Origin: Felis catus
Taxonomy: Eukaryota
Assembly: GCF_018350175.1 (NCBI RefSeq)
Contig: NC_058373.1
Span: 102,240,001 to 102,304,000, forward strand
Length of the DNA: 64,000 nucleotides
Direction of reading: 5' to 3'
Each line of letters begins with the position of its first letter. The stretch's first letter is position 1. Position numbers and translations under genes: made by a program. The notes beneath the pieces are model-generated. The model was not told the DNA's origin. It saw only the letters and a program-made list of their open reading frames with translations, and ran no database searches. Positions 42,264 to 53,193 of this stretch are shown here, piece by piece.

Positions 42264-43946
42264 GTAAGTGTTTTATGTTTGTTTTCTTAATATATATTCC
42301 ATGTAGGTTGAGGACTTTTTTTTTCCTTTACCACCAGACATTCCCTTCTAATTTTCTCACCATTTGGCTTCTTCTGGCTTTAACTGCCCAATGAGGGCTT
42401 ATTAGCTGAAGTCTTGTTTTTCCAGAAGCAGATTCAAGAAGAAAGCGAGGCAGATAGAGGCCTGAAACTCACTAATAGTAACTCCTTTACTGAAAAGCCT
42501 GTGGCAGAAGCAAGTGGATTTCATGCTCAGGAGCTGAGAAATAGTATGAGCAATGGGAAGTGTGGTGCAGTCTGAGCATCCTAATTTCTGTGCTTGTTTT
42601 TCTCACATCAGTTAGAGAGTATGTGCTTTTACATAGAGGAAGGCTAGCTCCTGACTTTGGCAAATTATGAATGGCAGCCCTCCATGCTCTGAAATGATGG
42701 AGGCAAGAATAAAGTGATATAGGAAATGTAGCAGCTGCGCAGACGTCCCATGAGGCAGAGAGGAAAGGAGAGATACCCTGGCTTCTCACTTCTTCCCACT
42801 CTTTAATATCTTGCCAGTACTGCCCCTTAGCCAGACTCTGGAAGCAAACACCATCTTCAGGGGTCAATTTCCCTGAGATCAGGGCAAGGGAAGGAAGAGG
42901 GATGGATTTGACCAGCACATTGGGAATATGGCAGGGCTGACTCTTTGCTATCAAACATGGAATTCATTGAACTATGGGAACTCAGGCCCATCACCCTGAC
43001 CACCTGCTATAGGGCATCTTTTCATCTGAACCATGTAGTTGTTTGATTTTGATAAGCCATGATCATCAAAATGCAGATAAGGCAAGTACAGACCTGTATC
43101 AGACACCACTGTGCATGGCCATGCACCTATTGTGCCTGCCTGGGCCAGGCTTGTGGTTCTGCTAGAAATTAGAAATGGGACTAGGAGCCCTTTGAGAGCT
43201 GCTAAGAATGTAACTACCCCTTTCCAAAGTCCTCTTCTGGAATGGTCTTGTGAAATGGGATGGAGACTCTTATTAAGCTATCCTGGTTCTCTCCAAGGAA
43301 AAGTCTGTGCCATTGGATAGATGTGCTAACTTTACCACGTAGTTAATATATTGACCCACTATGGCCAAGAAAGTATAGCAATCATTATTAGAATAACAAT
43401 CGATCAATAAAATGCATTCTTTATGGCAAGACAATTCATGTTGAGAACTGTAAATTGTTTTACTTTCCATTTTCTGTATGGCTCCCCTCCTCCCCAGACA
43501 ATAATCAACCTGGAATCCCACTTACTTAATGAATGGCATGATCGGGCCTTTTAAAAAAAACCTAAACTTTAAAATTTTTAAATAGTCCTAGATTTACAGA
43601 AAAATTGCAAAGATAGTACAAAGAGTTCCAGTATACCCTACGCTCACTTTTCTCTATTGTTAATGTCTTACATTAGTATGGTACACTTGTTAGAAATAAT
43701 GAACCAGTGCTGATACATTTTTACTAAAAAAAAAAATAAATAAAGTGATGAAGCATATGTAATCTCAAAGTCTCATTTTAGTCTTAGGAACTGCAGACTA
43801 TTTAATAGGTGGAAAAAGTTTGGTTGATATGAATTTCATACTTTCACCATATCCCTCTACTTCTTAGATCACATATTCCTGTTTCCTGAAAATTCTGTTT
43901 TTTTTAATGTTTTTCCTCCTGTAATTGTTTACGTCTTTCTTTCCAG

Positions 43947-44354
43947 CTTAATGATGCTTTGTCTGGATCTGGAAACCCAAACCCTCAAGGATGGCCTGCC
44001 GCATGGGGAAACCAACCTGCTGGGGCAGGGGGCTACCCAGGGGCCGCCTATCCTGGTGCCTACCCTGGACAGGCACCTCCAGGCGCCTACCCTGGACAGG
44101 CACCTCCAGGCGCCTACCCTGGACAGGCACCTCCAGGAGCCTACCCTGGACAGGCGCCTCCAGGAGCCTACCCTGGACAGGTGCCTCCAGGAGCCTACCC
44201 TGGCCCCACAGCACCTGCTTATCCTGCACCAACTGCACCAGGAGCCCACCCTGGGCAACCGAGTGGGCCTGGGGTCTACCCTCCTCCTGGACAGCCAAGT
44301 GCTCCTGGAGCCTACCCTGCTGCTGGCCCCTTTGGCGTCCCTGCTGGACCACTG
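43947..44354 (+). CDS. LGALS3: Galectin-3 exon 3, Pro/Gly/Ala/Tyr-rich N-terminal domain (408 nt, phase 0-0)
   Basis: ttccag|CTTAATGATGCT...CCACTG|gtaaga; translates [17 protein letters not shown]...[10 protein letters not shown]. Confidence 0.98.
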
Positions 44355-46410
44355 GTAAGATGGAGTTAGTTGTTTCATATACTTGATTGTGATCAGGACA
44401 AAGCTAATGAAGAAAGAACACAACAATTGTCTGGAGCGTTGGTGCCATTACTTTGCTGTTCTGTGGCTGGGAGCTGGCTCTGCACACTGACATGCAAAGG
44501 GCTTCAGAGAGACCTGAAGCTTTCAATTCACTGGTTAGAGCCACTTTTCGAGGACCAGCCATGATGTATATCAGTCCAATAGAAAAAAGTAGTTATTTGT
44601 ATTGCATTTAGTATGCATACTGTTAGTATAAAGAGAAGTCAGTGTATCTTTTGAAGACCTTTGTAAAGCAGCTTTAATATAAATGAAGTCAAGATCATAG
44701 TAATGGGGGAACATTTTGGTTACTATTATTAATATACACTGAGTACATAACATGCACCAGCAGTGTGCTTCTATGTGAATGATTTCATTTATCCCCAAAA
44801 CCACCCTAGAAGATATGTTATTATCCCTACTTTACACTCGAGGAAATGGGGCATACAAGTCATACAACTTGCCCAGGGTCATAGAGGGAATGTGTAGGGA
44901 AACCAAGGTAATGTGGTTTTGAAAAACCTTCTAAAGGTAATTTTGTGATCTAAGGATTGAATTTCCCTTTATGTTAAAACCCACTTTAGTAAATGAATTC
45001 TAAATGTAAAATCTAACTGTGGGGCTCCAGACACATCTCAGACACATCTAGATGTATAGGCTAGTTGGGGGATAACATACAGATGTGAAGCAAGTGTTTA
45101 GTAGTAGCATGGGATCAGACCCTTCCAGGACTATGTGGTTGCTGGCACAGGTAGCATCTGACCTGCTTTTAGGTCAGCTTAGAGGAGAGTGCAGAGAAGG
45201 TGTTGGGAGTGTGGGAGGCATTGAGCAGGGCCTTGACCACGGTTAGTCATTTGTAGACAGATGGGGACGTGGAGGCTGTGGAAAGGAAGAGGCAGATGTG
45301 AGAGAGGTTACAAAAGAAGCCCAGGAGCTAGTGGTTAGGTCTTAGGAGTCAGAGATGACTGGGTTTTTGATAATGGACAACTACAGCACCGGCCAAGGGA
45401 CAACCCCAAACAGGAAGTCGGGAATGAGACCTGATGGGGGATGGGGAAGAAGAGACAATTCCAGCTCACACCTGTTGGATATGAGGCGTTGTAGCAAATT
45501 CAGGAGGAAGTATAAGGCCTGGAGAGAAAAGACTTGGGTGGTGGTTGAACCCAGGAGGAAGAAATTATGAAGGGAAAAGAGAAGAACCAAGAGAGTTTTG
45601 GGAATATTTACAGCACCTTAAACATAGATGGTCAATAAATTTTTGTGGAAGAACTAGGGAATGTATTAAATAAAAAAGTGTTCATTTAATACATAAATTA
45701 TCTGCCTTAAAAAAAAAACTAAACTTTAAAATTTTAAAGTTCTAGATTTACAAAAAAATTGCAAAGGTAGTACAAAGAGTTCCTGTATACCCTACACCCA
45801 CTTTCCTCTGTTGTTAACGTCTTAAATCAGTAAGTATCTGCTAAGTATCTGCCACATTCAAAGCACCCTGTTGATGTCATGTAAGTAGAATTTAGGAGAA
45901 CTCACAAGTCCCCAAATGTGACACAACGTCTGCCCTCAGGGAGCAAAATAACCATGGTGAAGTACATTATGTGACAAAGGTCTTAAGAGTGGCACAAAGT
46001 TGTGTATCTAAAATTGATACAATTATATCTCAATAAAAATAATAAAAAAGAAGAGTAGCTAGCAAAAAATGTTAGTGTTGATTGCAAGGTCTAGCTTAAG
46101 CCTTTCCAAAAAATAGTCCAAGTGAATGAATTATAGATTGGGATGTCTTAGTAATTCCTGAGAAATACAGTGCTCCAAAAGGGAATATGTTCTGTCTTTG
46201 GTACCAATTAACTGATGGTTTTATTCTTGATTATTGCTTGTGCATGGAGGAAGCCTTATCTCTTCAGGCCCTGTGCAGGGTGGCCTGAGAGTCTGGAAAA
46301 ATGGCTTAAATTAGGATTATATGTTATTCACATTCAGCAACATACTTTTCTTTCTTTCCCCAAGAAAACATGACTCTTTATTAACACATACATGTTTTTT
46401 TATCCCCAGA
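43951..46410 (+). CDS. Cytogaligin-like alternative-frame ORF, join(43951..44354,46410), 134 aa; putative GALIG orthologue
   Basis: [19 protein letters not shown]...[10 protein letters not shown]; the stop TG|A is formed by the exon 3/4 junction. Sequence alone gives no expression evidence. Confidence 0.4.
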
Positions 46411-46423
46411 CTGTGCCTTATGA
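43991..46423 (+). CDS. Mitogaligin-like alternative-frame ORF, join(43991..44354,46410..46423), 125 aa; putative GALIG orthologue
   Basis: [18 protein letters not shown]...[11 protein letters not shown] then, across the exon 3/4 splice, DCAL*; Trp/Arg/Cys-rich. Sequence alone gives no expression evidence. Confidence 0.45.
44052..44204 (+). repeat. LGALS3: 27-nt coding tandem repeat (PGAYPGQAP x5 plus a partial sixth unit)
   Basis: Unit CCWGGHGCCTACCCTGGACAGGYRCCT; units 2 and 3 are identical. Confidence 0.95.
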
Positions 46424-46498
46424 CCTGCCTTTGCCTGGAGGAGTCATGCCTCGCATGCTGATAACAATTCTGGGCACCGTAAAGCCCAATGCAAACAG
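46410..46498 (+). CDS. LGALS3: Galectin-3 exon 4 (start of carbohydrate-recognition domain, CRD)
   Basis: ccccag|ACTGTGCCTTAT...GCAAACAG|gtaaag; [29 protein letters not shown](R); 89 nt. Confidence 0.98.
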
Positions 46499-49400
46499 GT
46501 AAAGAGCAAAATTAGCAACTCAAACATATTTGTCAATTGCCTCTTTTTTTTTTTTTTTTCAACGTTTATTTATTTTTGGGACAGAGAGAGACAGAGCATG
46601 AACGGAGGAGGGGCAGAGAGAGAGGGAGACACAGAATCAGAAACAGGCTCCAGGCTCTGAGCCATCAGCCCAGAGCCCGACGCGGGGCTTGAACTCACGG
46701 ACCGCGAGATCGTGACCTGGCTGAAGTCGGACGCTTAACCGACTGTGCCACCCAGGCGCCCCATCAATTGCCTCTTGAATAAAGAATGATCTATTTTGGA
46801 TTCTAATGAAAATTCTAAAGCTACACATTTAGAATTCTATCCCGTAGAATTGGGATTATCCCCTAAGTCAGTGTAAGTTCCCACCAAGGGACAAAGTGTC
46901 CCTCGCTCAATCTTGTTTTTCTCCCAGAACCACAAGGAAACAGTTCTCCTTTGTGAGCACAAAGAGAAAGAGCAGAAAACCCATTCAGAAAAAACTAGCT
47001 TTTCCCTCACAATGAGAGCCTTAGAATTTAAGGGAAGTAGAGCCTCAGTAATGTAATACTTGGCCATCCCTCCACTCTGAGCCATATATTGTCTAAAAAA
47101 CCAAGCATGCATTTCATGTCTAGATGCCCATCAAAAATTGGGGTGAGGAGCACCTGGGTGGCTTGGTCAGTTGGGTATCCAACTTTGGCTCAGGTCATGA
47201 TCTCGCGGTTTGATTCGAGCTCCACGTTGGGCTGTGTGCTGACAGCTCAGAACCTGGAGTCTGCTTCACATTCTGTCTCCCTCTGCCTCTCCCCTGCTCA
47301 CGCTTTCTCTCTCTGTCTCTCTCTCAAAAATAAACATTAAAACAATAAATAAATAAAAATGAAAAATTAGGGTCAAAACCACAAAGATCACACTGGATGT
47401 AATTTTGAGTTAGTGAGAGCTTGCGTATCATACCACTCTCTCCTCATACTTGTACAGATCACCCTGCAGTCATGCATGGCACAGTGCAGTCTAAGATCTG
47501 GTGAGCTTCACTGCCATTTCCGCCTTCCTACTGGGCACATCAGGAGAGTGCCAGATTCCCATGGTGTCAGCCTGGTCTACAGATGTTAAGTGGCTGGATG
47601 GGGGAACCCTAGTCTTCTGAGTAGACACTATTAAAGATTTGGAAAGAAGTTGAAGACTTCATCAAAATAAGTCAGCCTTTGCCATTGGAACTGGTTTGAT
47701 GGAGGTGAGCTAGGATGGAGTAAGACTGAGCTAATTTAGGAAAATCCATGCTGATTTATGGCTGCCCTGGAATGCCTGGCTCTGGTTATTACCACTAGTT
47801 ATTTACATGTAATATGAGCAGGTTAAGGATATCCTGAAGACATCCAGCATACCTGTCCCTGAGGTTAGTGGTACCATTAAAGCTCCTGCAGCCATAAATT
47901 AATCTGTGTTTCTGGGTTTTGTAAACAGTGCACAAAAGGTACAAATTCAAGCTATGTATACAGGTATACAAGAATCCATAAGCAGCCTCTGTCTGTCACC
48001 TTGCTCCTCATGGATTAATGGAAACCACCTTGTCTGTTACCAGGAATTGGACTCCGCCTCCAGCTTAATCATTTACATTCAGATAGCTCATTTACTCTAC
48101 CTCCAGCCAGTTTTCCCTGGTTCTGTGTGGTAGCCACTACCCTTTCCACCCAGCCTATACAGCTTCTCTAAACACAGTGCTTACCTGAACAATAAAGCTT
48201 GTCTCACAGCCAGTTATAAAACGTATATATCCTCTGCCTACGTCCTTATCCATCTTTCTTCCCCAAATACCACACAGAACCCAGTACACGTGATCCTGTG
48301 CGTATGACACTCACGATTTGTGAATATCTGCCCTCCTTCCTCAGCCGCTATCACACAGAACCACACTGGTATGTTTGCCTTATTTAGGGTTATTGCATTA
48401 GAAACTTTAGCTCCAATAACACTAGAGATGTAGACAGAGCCTGTGGCAGATTAAAACTAATTTTGGTTGAAATGATTAAGAGGATAGTAAACAGAAAAAA
48501 AAATGGTTGCTTCTTCTGCAAAATCTGTGTGAGGAATTACATGAAAAAAAGAATGCTTAAGGTGGCAGAGATGGCAAGATCTTCCTTTTCACTGTAGAGA
48601 AAATACAGCCATTGGAATTTTTAGTCAAATAGTCAAATACTAATTCTGTTGTCGTCTGTTTTGACCCTCTCCCTGTGAATTTAATATTGGAAGATACATT
48701 TGTGGCTGTATATGTCTGTTACTGGGTAAATGAAACAACCCAAGGAATCATTGTTAATAGGTCTAGAGTGTAGACCTTGCTTTAAAACAAGAACACCAGC
48801 TGATTCTGATGTTAGTACTGTAGGGAGCACACTTTGAGAAGCTGAGGGATAGAGTTAATACTCTAACAGTCCGAGGACTTGTGTTTGCATTAACAGCCAA
48901 GGAGAAGGAATAAGGTCAAAAAGTTAAGCCAGGACTTCCATTAATTCCACTTCACATCATGGAATGTTTAACACATTTATCGCCATGACCTCACAACTTA
49001 GCAACAGGATACTGAACATTATGTTGTCTCATTCTTGTTATTTTAGGACTTAGGTTTTTGGTTAACTATAAGGAAGGCAGGTATTCGATAGCTTTTATTT
49101 ATTTGACTGGCCTGCCTTTCATAGGTATTAAAAGTAGCTTGGGAGGGCAGGGAAGAGGTAAGCATTATTATTTGCCATGTAAAGCATAAAGTGGCCCTAA
49201 ACTTACATAAGGAAACCTTGAAGAGTTTTCATAGTAGAGGCAGTAAAGAGGGAATGATAGCTGAATACAATGATGTGACCAAAGACAATGAGGTAAAACA
49301 ATGGAACACATACTGCCTTACTTACTTTCAGATACTACAAGAGTACATCAAATACTTGGCCTAGTATACGTTCCAATTTGAAGCCATACTCTGGTTTATT

Positions 49401-49742
49401 TACTTCCTGTTTAGAAAATGTCCCTGAATTTATAAACTGATTTGCTCTTTAGAAAATTATATGTTCTTTGGGGCGCCTAGGTGGCTCAGTTGGTTGAGTG
49501 TCTGACTCTTGGTTTCTGCTGAGGTCATGATCTCAAGGTTCATAGGTTTGAGCCCTATGTGAGGCTCTGTGTTGACGGCACGGAGCCTGGAATTCTCATT
49601 GTCCTCTCCCCTTCTCATGCCCCCTCTCTCTCTCTCTGTGTGTCTCAAAAATAAATAAACATTAAAAAAACCCTATGTTCTTCACTTGATACATATGTAC
49701 AACTTGAATCATTTTACTAATTCTGGTCTTTGGTTTAAACAG

Positions 49743-49908
49743 ACTTGCTTTAGATTTCAAGAGAGGGAATGATGTTGCTTTCCACTTTAACCCACGCTTC
49801 AATGAGGACAACAAGAGAGTCATTGTTTGCAATACAAAGCTGGAGAATTTATGGGGAAAGGAAGAAAGACAATCAACTTTCCCATTTGAAAGTGGTAAAC
49901 CATTCAAA
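49743..49908 (+). CDS. LGALS3: Galectin-3 exon 5 (sugar-binding residues)
   Basis: aaacag|ACTTGCT...TTCAAA|gtaagt; [55 protein letters not shown] with galectin motifs HFNPRF and WGxEER; 166 nt, frame continues from exon 4. Confidence 0.98.
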
Positions 49909-51624
49909 GTAAGTTATTGCTACTATTATATATTGATAATGTATATTTTTCATGGGGAATCACTCTAAAACCACAATGCATTTGAACTGAATTTTTTATC
50001 AACTGTCCCGGGAGACCTAACTAGAACATCTGCTCCTCATCTTAGGACCAGGCTCAGCAGGGCTCGCACACTCCCCAACTCCATTCACGCATTTCACCAT
50101 TGTCCCTGTTGCTACACCTTTGAGTTTAAGCTTTTCTGGAAATGAGAAAAATAGCGTCTTTAATAAAAAAGGCAGAAAGTCTTGATGGTACAGTTGGGCT
50201 GAGATTTAGTTCTTTAATACAGTGTAGTTGGCATAGCAATCAAAACTAATTTTGTTAAGTTCTAAAATTAATGCATGTTTGCTTTATGAAAAAATGTATA
50301 GGTTTTCAAATTAAAAAGTTCTCCATCGTTTCTCCTTTCCCCCAACCTCACAAAGGTTGCAACTTGGTCAGTATCTTTCTAGTATTTTCTATGACATACA
50401 ACACACTATTTATCTACTTTATTTAAAAAAACTTTTATTTATTAAGTAATCTCTACCCCTGAACTCATGACCCTGAGATCAAAAGTCACATGCTCTACTG
50501 CCTAAGCCAACCAGGCATCCCAACATACTTTTCATTTTTAAGCACTGCTGCAACAAATATTAGGCCCACAGTGTTGCGTTCAGAGTAGAGTGGTTTGTAG
50601 AGTAGAGAGTCTACTAATAGCTAGACTGTAAACTCCTCAAGGGCAGGGACTTATAAGGACCATATTCTACATTCGGTGGACATCTTTTCATAGTAGAACA
50701 TTTTTACTTAGGGGCACTTAGATGGCTCAGTCAGTTAAGTGTCTGACTCTTGATCTCAGCTCAGGTCTTAATCTCAGGGTTGTGAGTTCAAGCCCTATGT
50801 TGGGCTCTGTGCTGTGGATGTGAAGCCTTCTTTAAAAAACAAAACAAGGGGCGCCTGGGTGGCTCAGTCGGTTAAGCAGCCGACTTCAGCTCAGGTCATG
50901 ATCTCGCGGTCTGTGAGTTCAAGCCCCACATCGTGCTCTGTGCTGACAGTTCGGAGCCTGGAGCCTGTTTCGGATTCTGTCTCTCCCTCTCTCTGACCCT
51001 CCCCCGTTCATGCTCTGTCTCTCTCTGTCTCAAAAATAAATAACTGTTAAAAAATAAATAAATAAAAAATAAAAAAATAAAAAACAAAACAAAACAGAGG
51101 CTCCTGGGTGGCTCAGTCGGTTAAGTGTCTGCCTCTTGATTTTGGCTCAGGTTATGACCTCACACTGGGCGTGGAGCCTGCTTAAGATTCTCTCTCTTCT
51201 TCTCCCTCTGCCCCTCCCCTGCTCGTGCTCTCTCACATGCTTTCTTTCAAAAACAAGCAAATAAAACATGGTTACTTAATAGTATTTCAACTATTGAGAT
51301 ATGTGATAATTCAACAAGTACCCTATTGATAATTTGGAGTATGTAAATATTCTAAATGAATAAAACCTGGAAGGCTTGTTTTACTAAAATACTGTAATAA
51401 CTGTCCATATCTTTGCTTCCTAGAAGAATGATTTTATTCCACAAGTGTACATATTTAAAATTTAGGTAAGATATTGCCAAAGTGCCGCTTCCAAAAGGAT
51501 GTAAGGATAAATGTGCTCGCTACTAATTATTGGGAAGTGTTCCCACTGCTCTTGCCAGAACTGGTTGTTATTGATCTTCACGGCATTTGCCACTTTACTA
51601 GAGGAGTTCTACTTTAGTATGTTT

Positions 51625-52640
51625 ATTTATTTATTGAAGTACAGTTGACATACAGTGTTATGTTAGTTTCAGGTATACAACATAGTGATCAACATCTCTA
51701 TGTGTCATGCTGTGCTCACAAATGCAGCTACCATGTGTCACCATACAACACTATTACAGTACCATTGACTGTATTCCCTATGTTGCACCTTTTATCCCAG
51801 TGACTTATTCATCCCATAACTGGAAGCCTGTACCTCCCACTCTCCTTCAGCCATGTTGTCCATCCCTGTATCCCTCTCCCCTCTGGCAACCACCAGTTTG
51901 TTTTCTGTATTTATGGGTCTGTTTCTGCTTTTTGTTCATTTGTTTCTTTCTTTGAATTGTTTTTTAGATTGCAATAAATGAAATCATGGTATTTGTCTTT
52001 CTCTTTTTTTTTTTTTTTTCTAATTTTCAACGTTTATTTATTTTTGAGAGAGAGAGAGGCAGCACGAGCAGGGGAGGGGCAGAGAGAGACGGAGACAGAA
52101 ACCAAAGCAGTCTCCAGGCTCCAAGCTGCCAGCACAGGGCCCGACACGGGGCTTGAACTCACGAACCGTGAGGTCATGACCTGAGCTGAAGTCGGACACT
52201 TAACCGCCTGAGCCACCCAGGCGCCCCTGTCTGACTTACTGCATTTAGCATAATACACTCTAGGTCTGTCTGCATTGCTGCCAACAGCAAAATTTCATTC
52301 TTTTTAATAGCTGAGTAATATTCTATTGTATATATATACCACATCTTTATCTGTTCATCTACGGATACACACTTGTGTTGCTTCCATATCTTGGCTATTA
52401 TAAATAATGCTGCAGTAAACATAGGGGTGCATATATCTTCTTGAACTAGTGTTTTTCATTTTCTTTGGGTGAATACCCAGTAGTGAAATTACTGGATCAT
52501 ATAGTATTTCTGTCTTTAATGTTTTGAGGAACCTCCATAGTGTTTTCCACAGTGGCTGCACCAATTTACATTCCCATGCACAAGGGTTCCTTTTTCTACA
52601 CATCCTCACCAACACTTGGTGTGTTTGTGTTTTTACTTTT
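51625..52640 (-). mobile_element. L1 3' end in LGALS3 intron 5, interrupted by a SINE at ~52003-52227
   Basis: Minus-strand translation [17 protein letters not shown] and MFTAALFIIAKIWKQ (L1 ORF2 C-terminus). Confidence 0.85.
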
Positions 52641-52907
52641 AGGTGTTGGGCATACAAAGACTTTGTTTTTATGTAGACACATTATTAAACTTTTCCTTTA
52701 TAGCTTCACCTTTATCATTTTTTTCATTTTCTTTTGCTTAAATCTTTAAATATCTGGAGTCTATTTTGACTGCAAAGTCACTTCTTTGGACTTCAGTCAG
52801 TTCCACAGATGATCATACAGATGAACTGTGGGACATTCTGAGCTCAAGCCAGACTGGTTTTGACATAAATGAGCATTCCTAACAGTTTTGTGTATGTGCC
52901 ATTTCAG

Positions 52908-53063
52908 ATACAAGTGCTGGTTGAATCTGACCACTTCAAGGTTGCGGTCAATGATGCTCACTTGTTGCAGTACAATCATCGGATGAAAAGTCTCCACGAA
53001 ATCAGCAAACTGGGAATTTCTGGTGACATAGATCTCACCAGTGCTTCACACACAATGATATAA
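52908..53063 (+). CDS. LGALS3: Galectin-3 exon 6, coding part to TAA
   Basis: tttcag|ATACAAGTG...; [51 protein letters not shown]. Total CDS 18+408+89+166+156 = 837 nt = 278 aa plus stop. Confidence 0.98.
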   Translation: MQVLVESDHFKVAVNDAHLLQYNHRMKSLHEISKLGISGDIDLTSASHTMI

Positions 53064-53187
53064 TCTTACAGGGGAAGATTTAAAAAAATGAAATTGAATA
53101 TGAACCCTTAGACATTTAAATCTCATGTTTACTGACTGAAAAATTTTACCTTTATTCATCAATGTCCTTCTTGTAAATCACTCATTT

Positions 53188-53193
53188 AATAAA
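53188..53193 (+). terminator. LGALS3: LGALS3 polyadenylation signal AATAAA
   Basis: First AATAAA 125 nt after the stop, followed by T-rich downstream sequence. Confidence 0.8.

Noticed and set aside
44052..44204. Regularly spaced repeats as a CRISPR-like array
   Set aside because: Contiguous coding repeats with no spacers, in a mammalian exon.
43929..44426. Two antisense ORFs (165 and 134 aa) over exon 3
   Set aside because: Mirror of the GC-rich 27-nt repeat; no promoter, splice or homology support. They serve mainly as a caution for the GALIG-like finding.
39384..45852. Short local duplications (39384-39422, 41798-41831, 45028-45049, 45831-45851)
   Set aside because: Ordinary slippage-type duplications with no informative insert.
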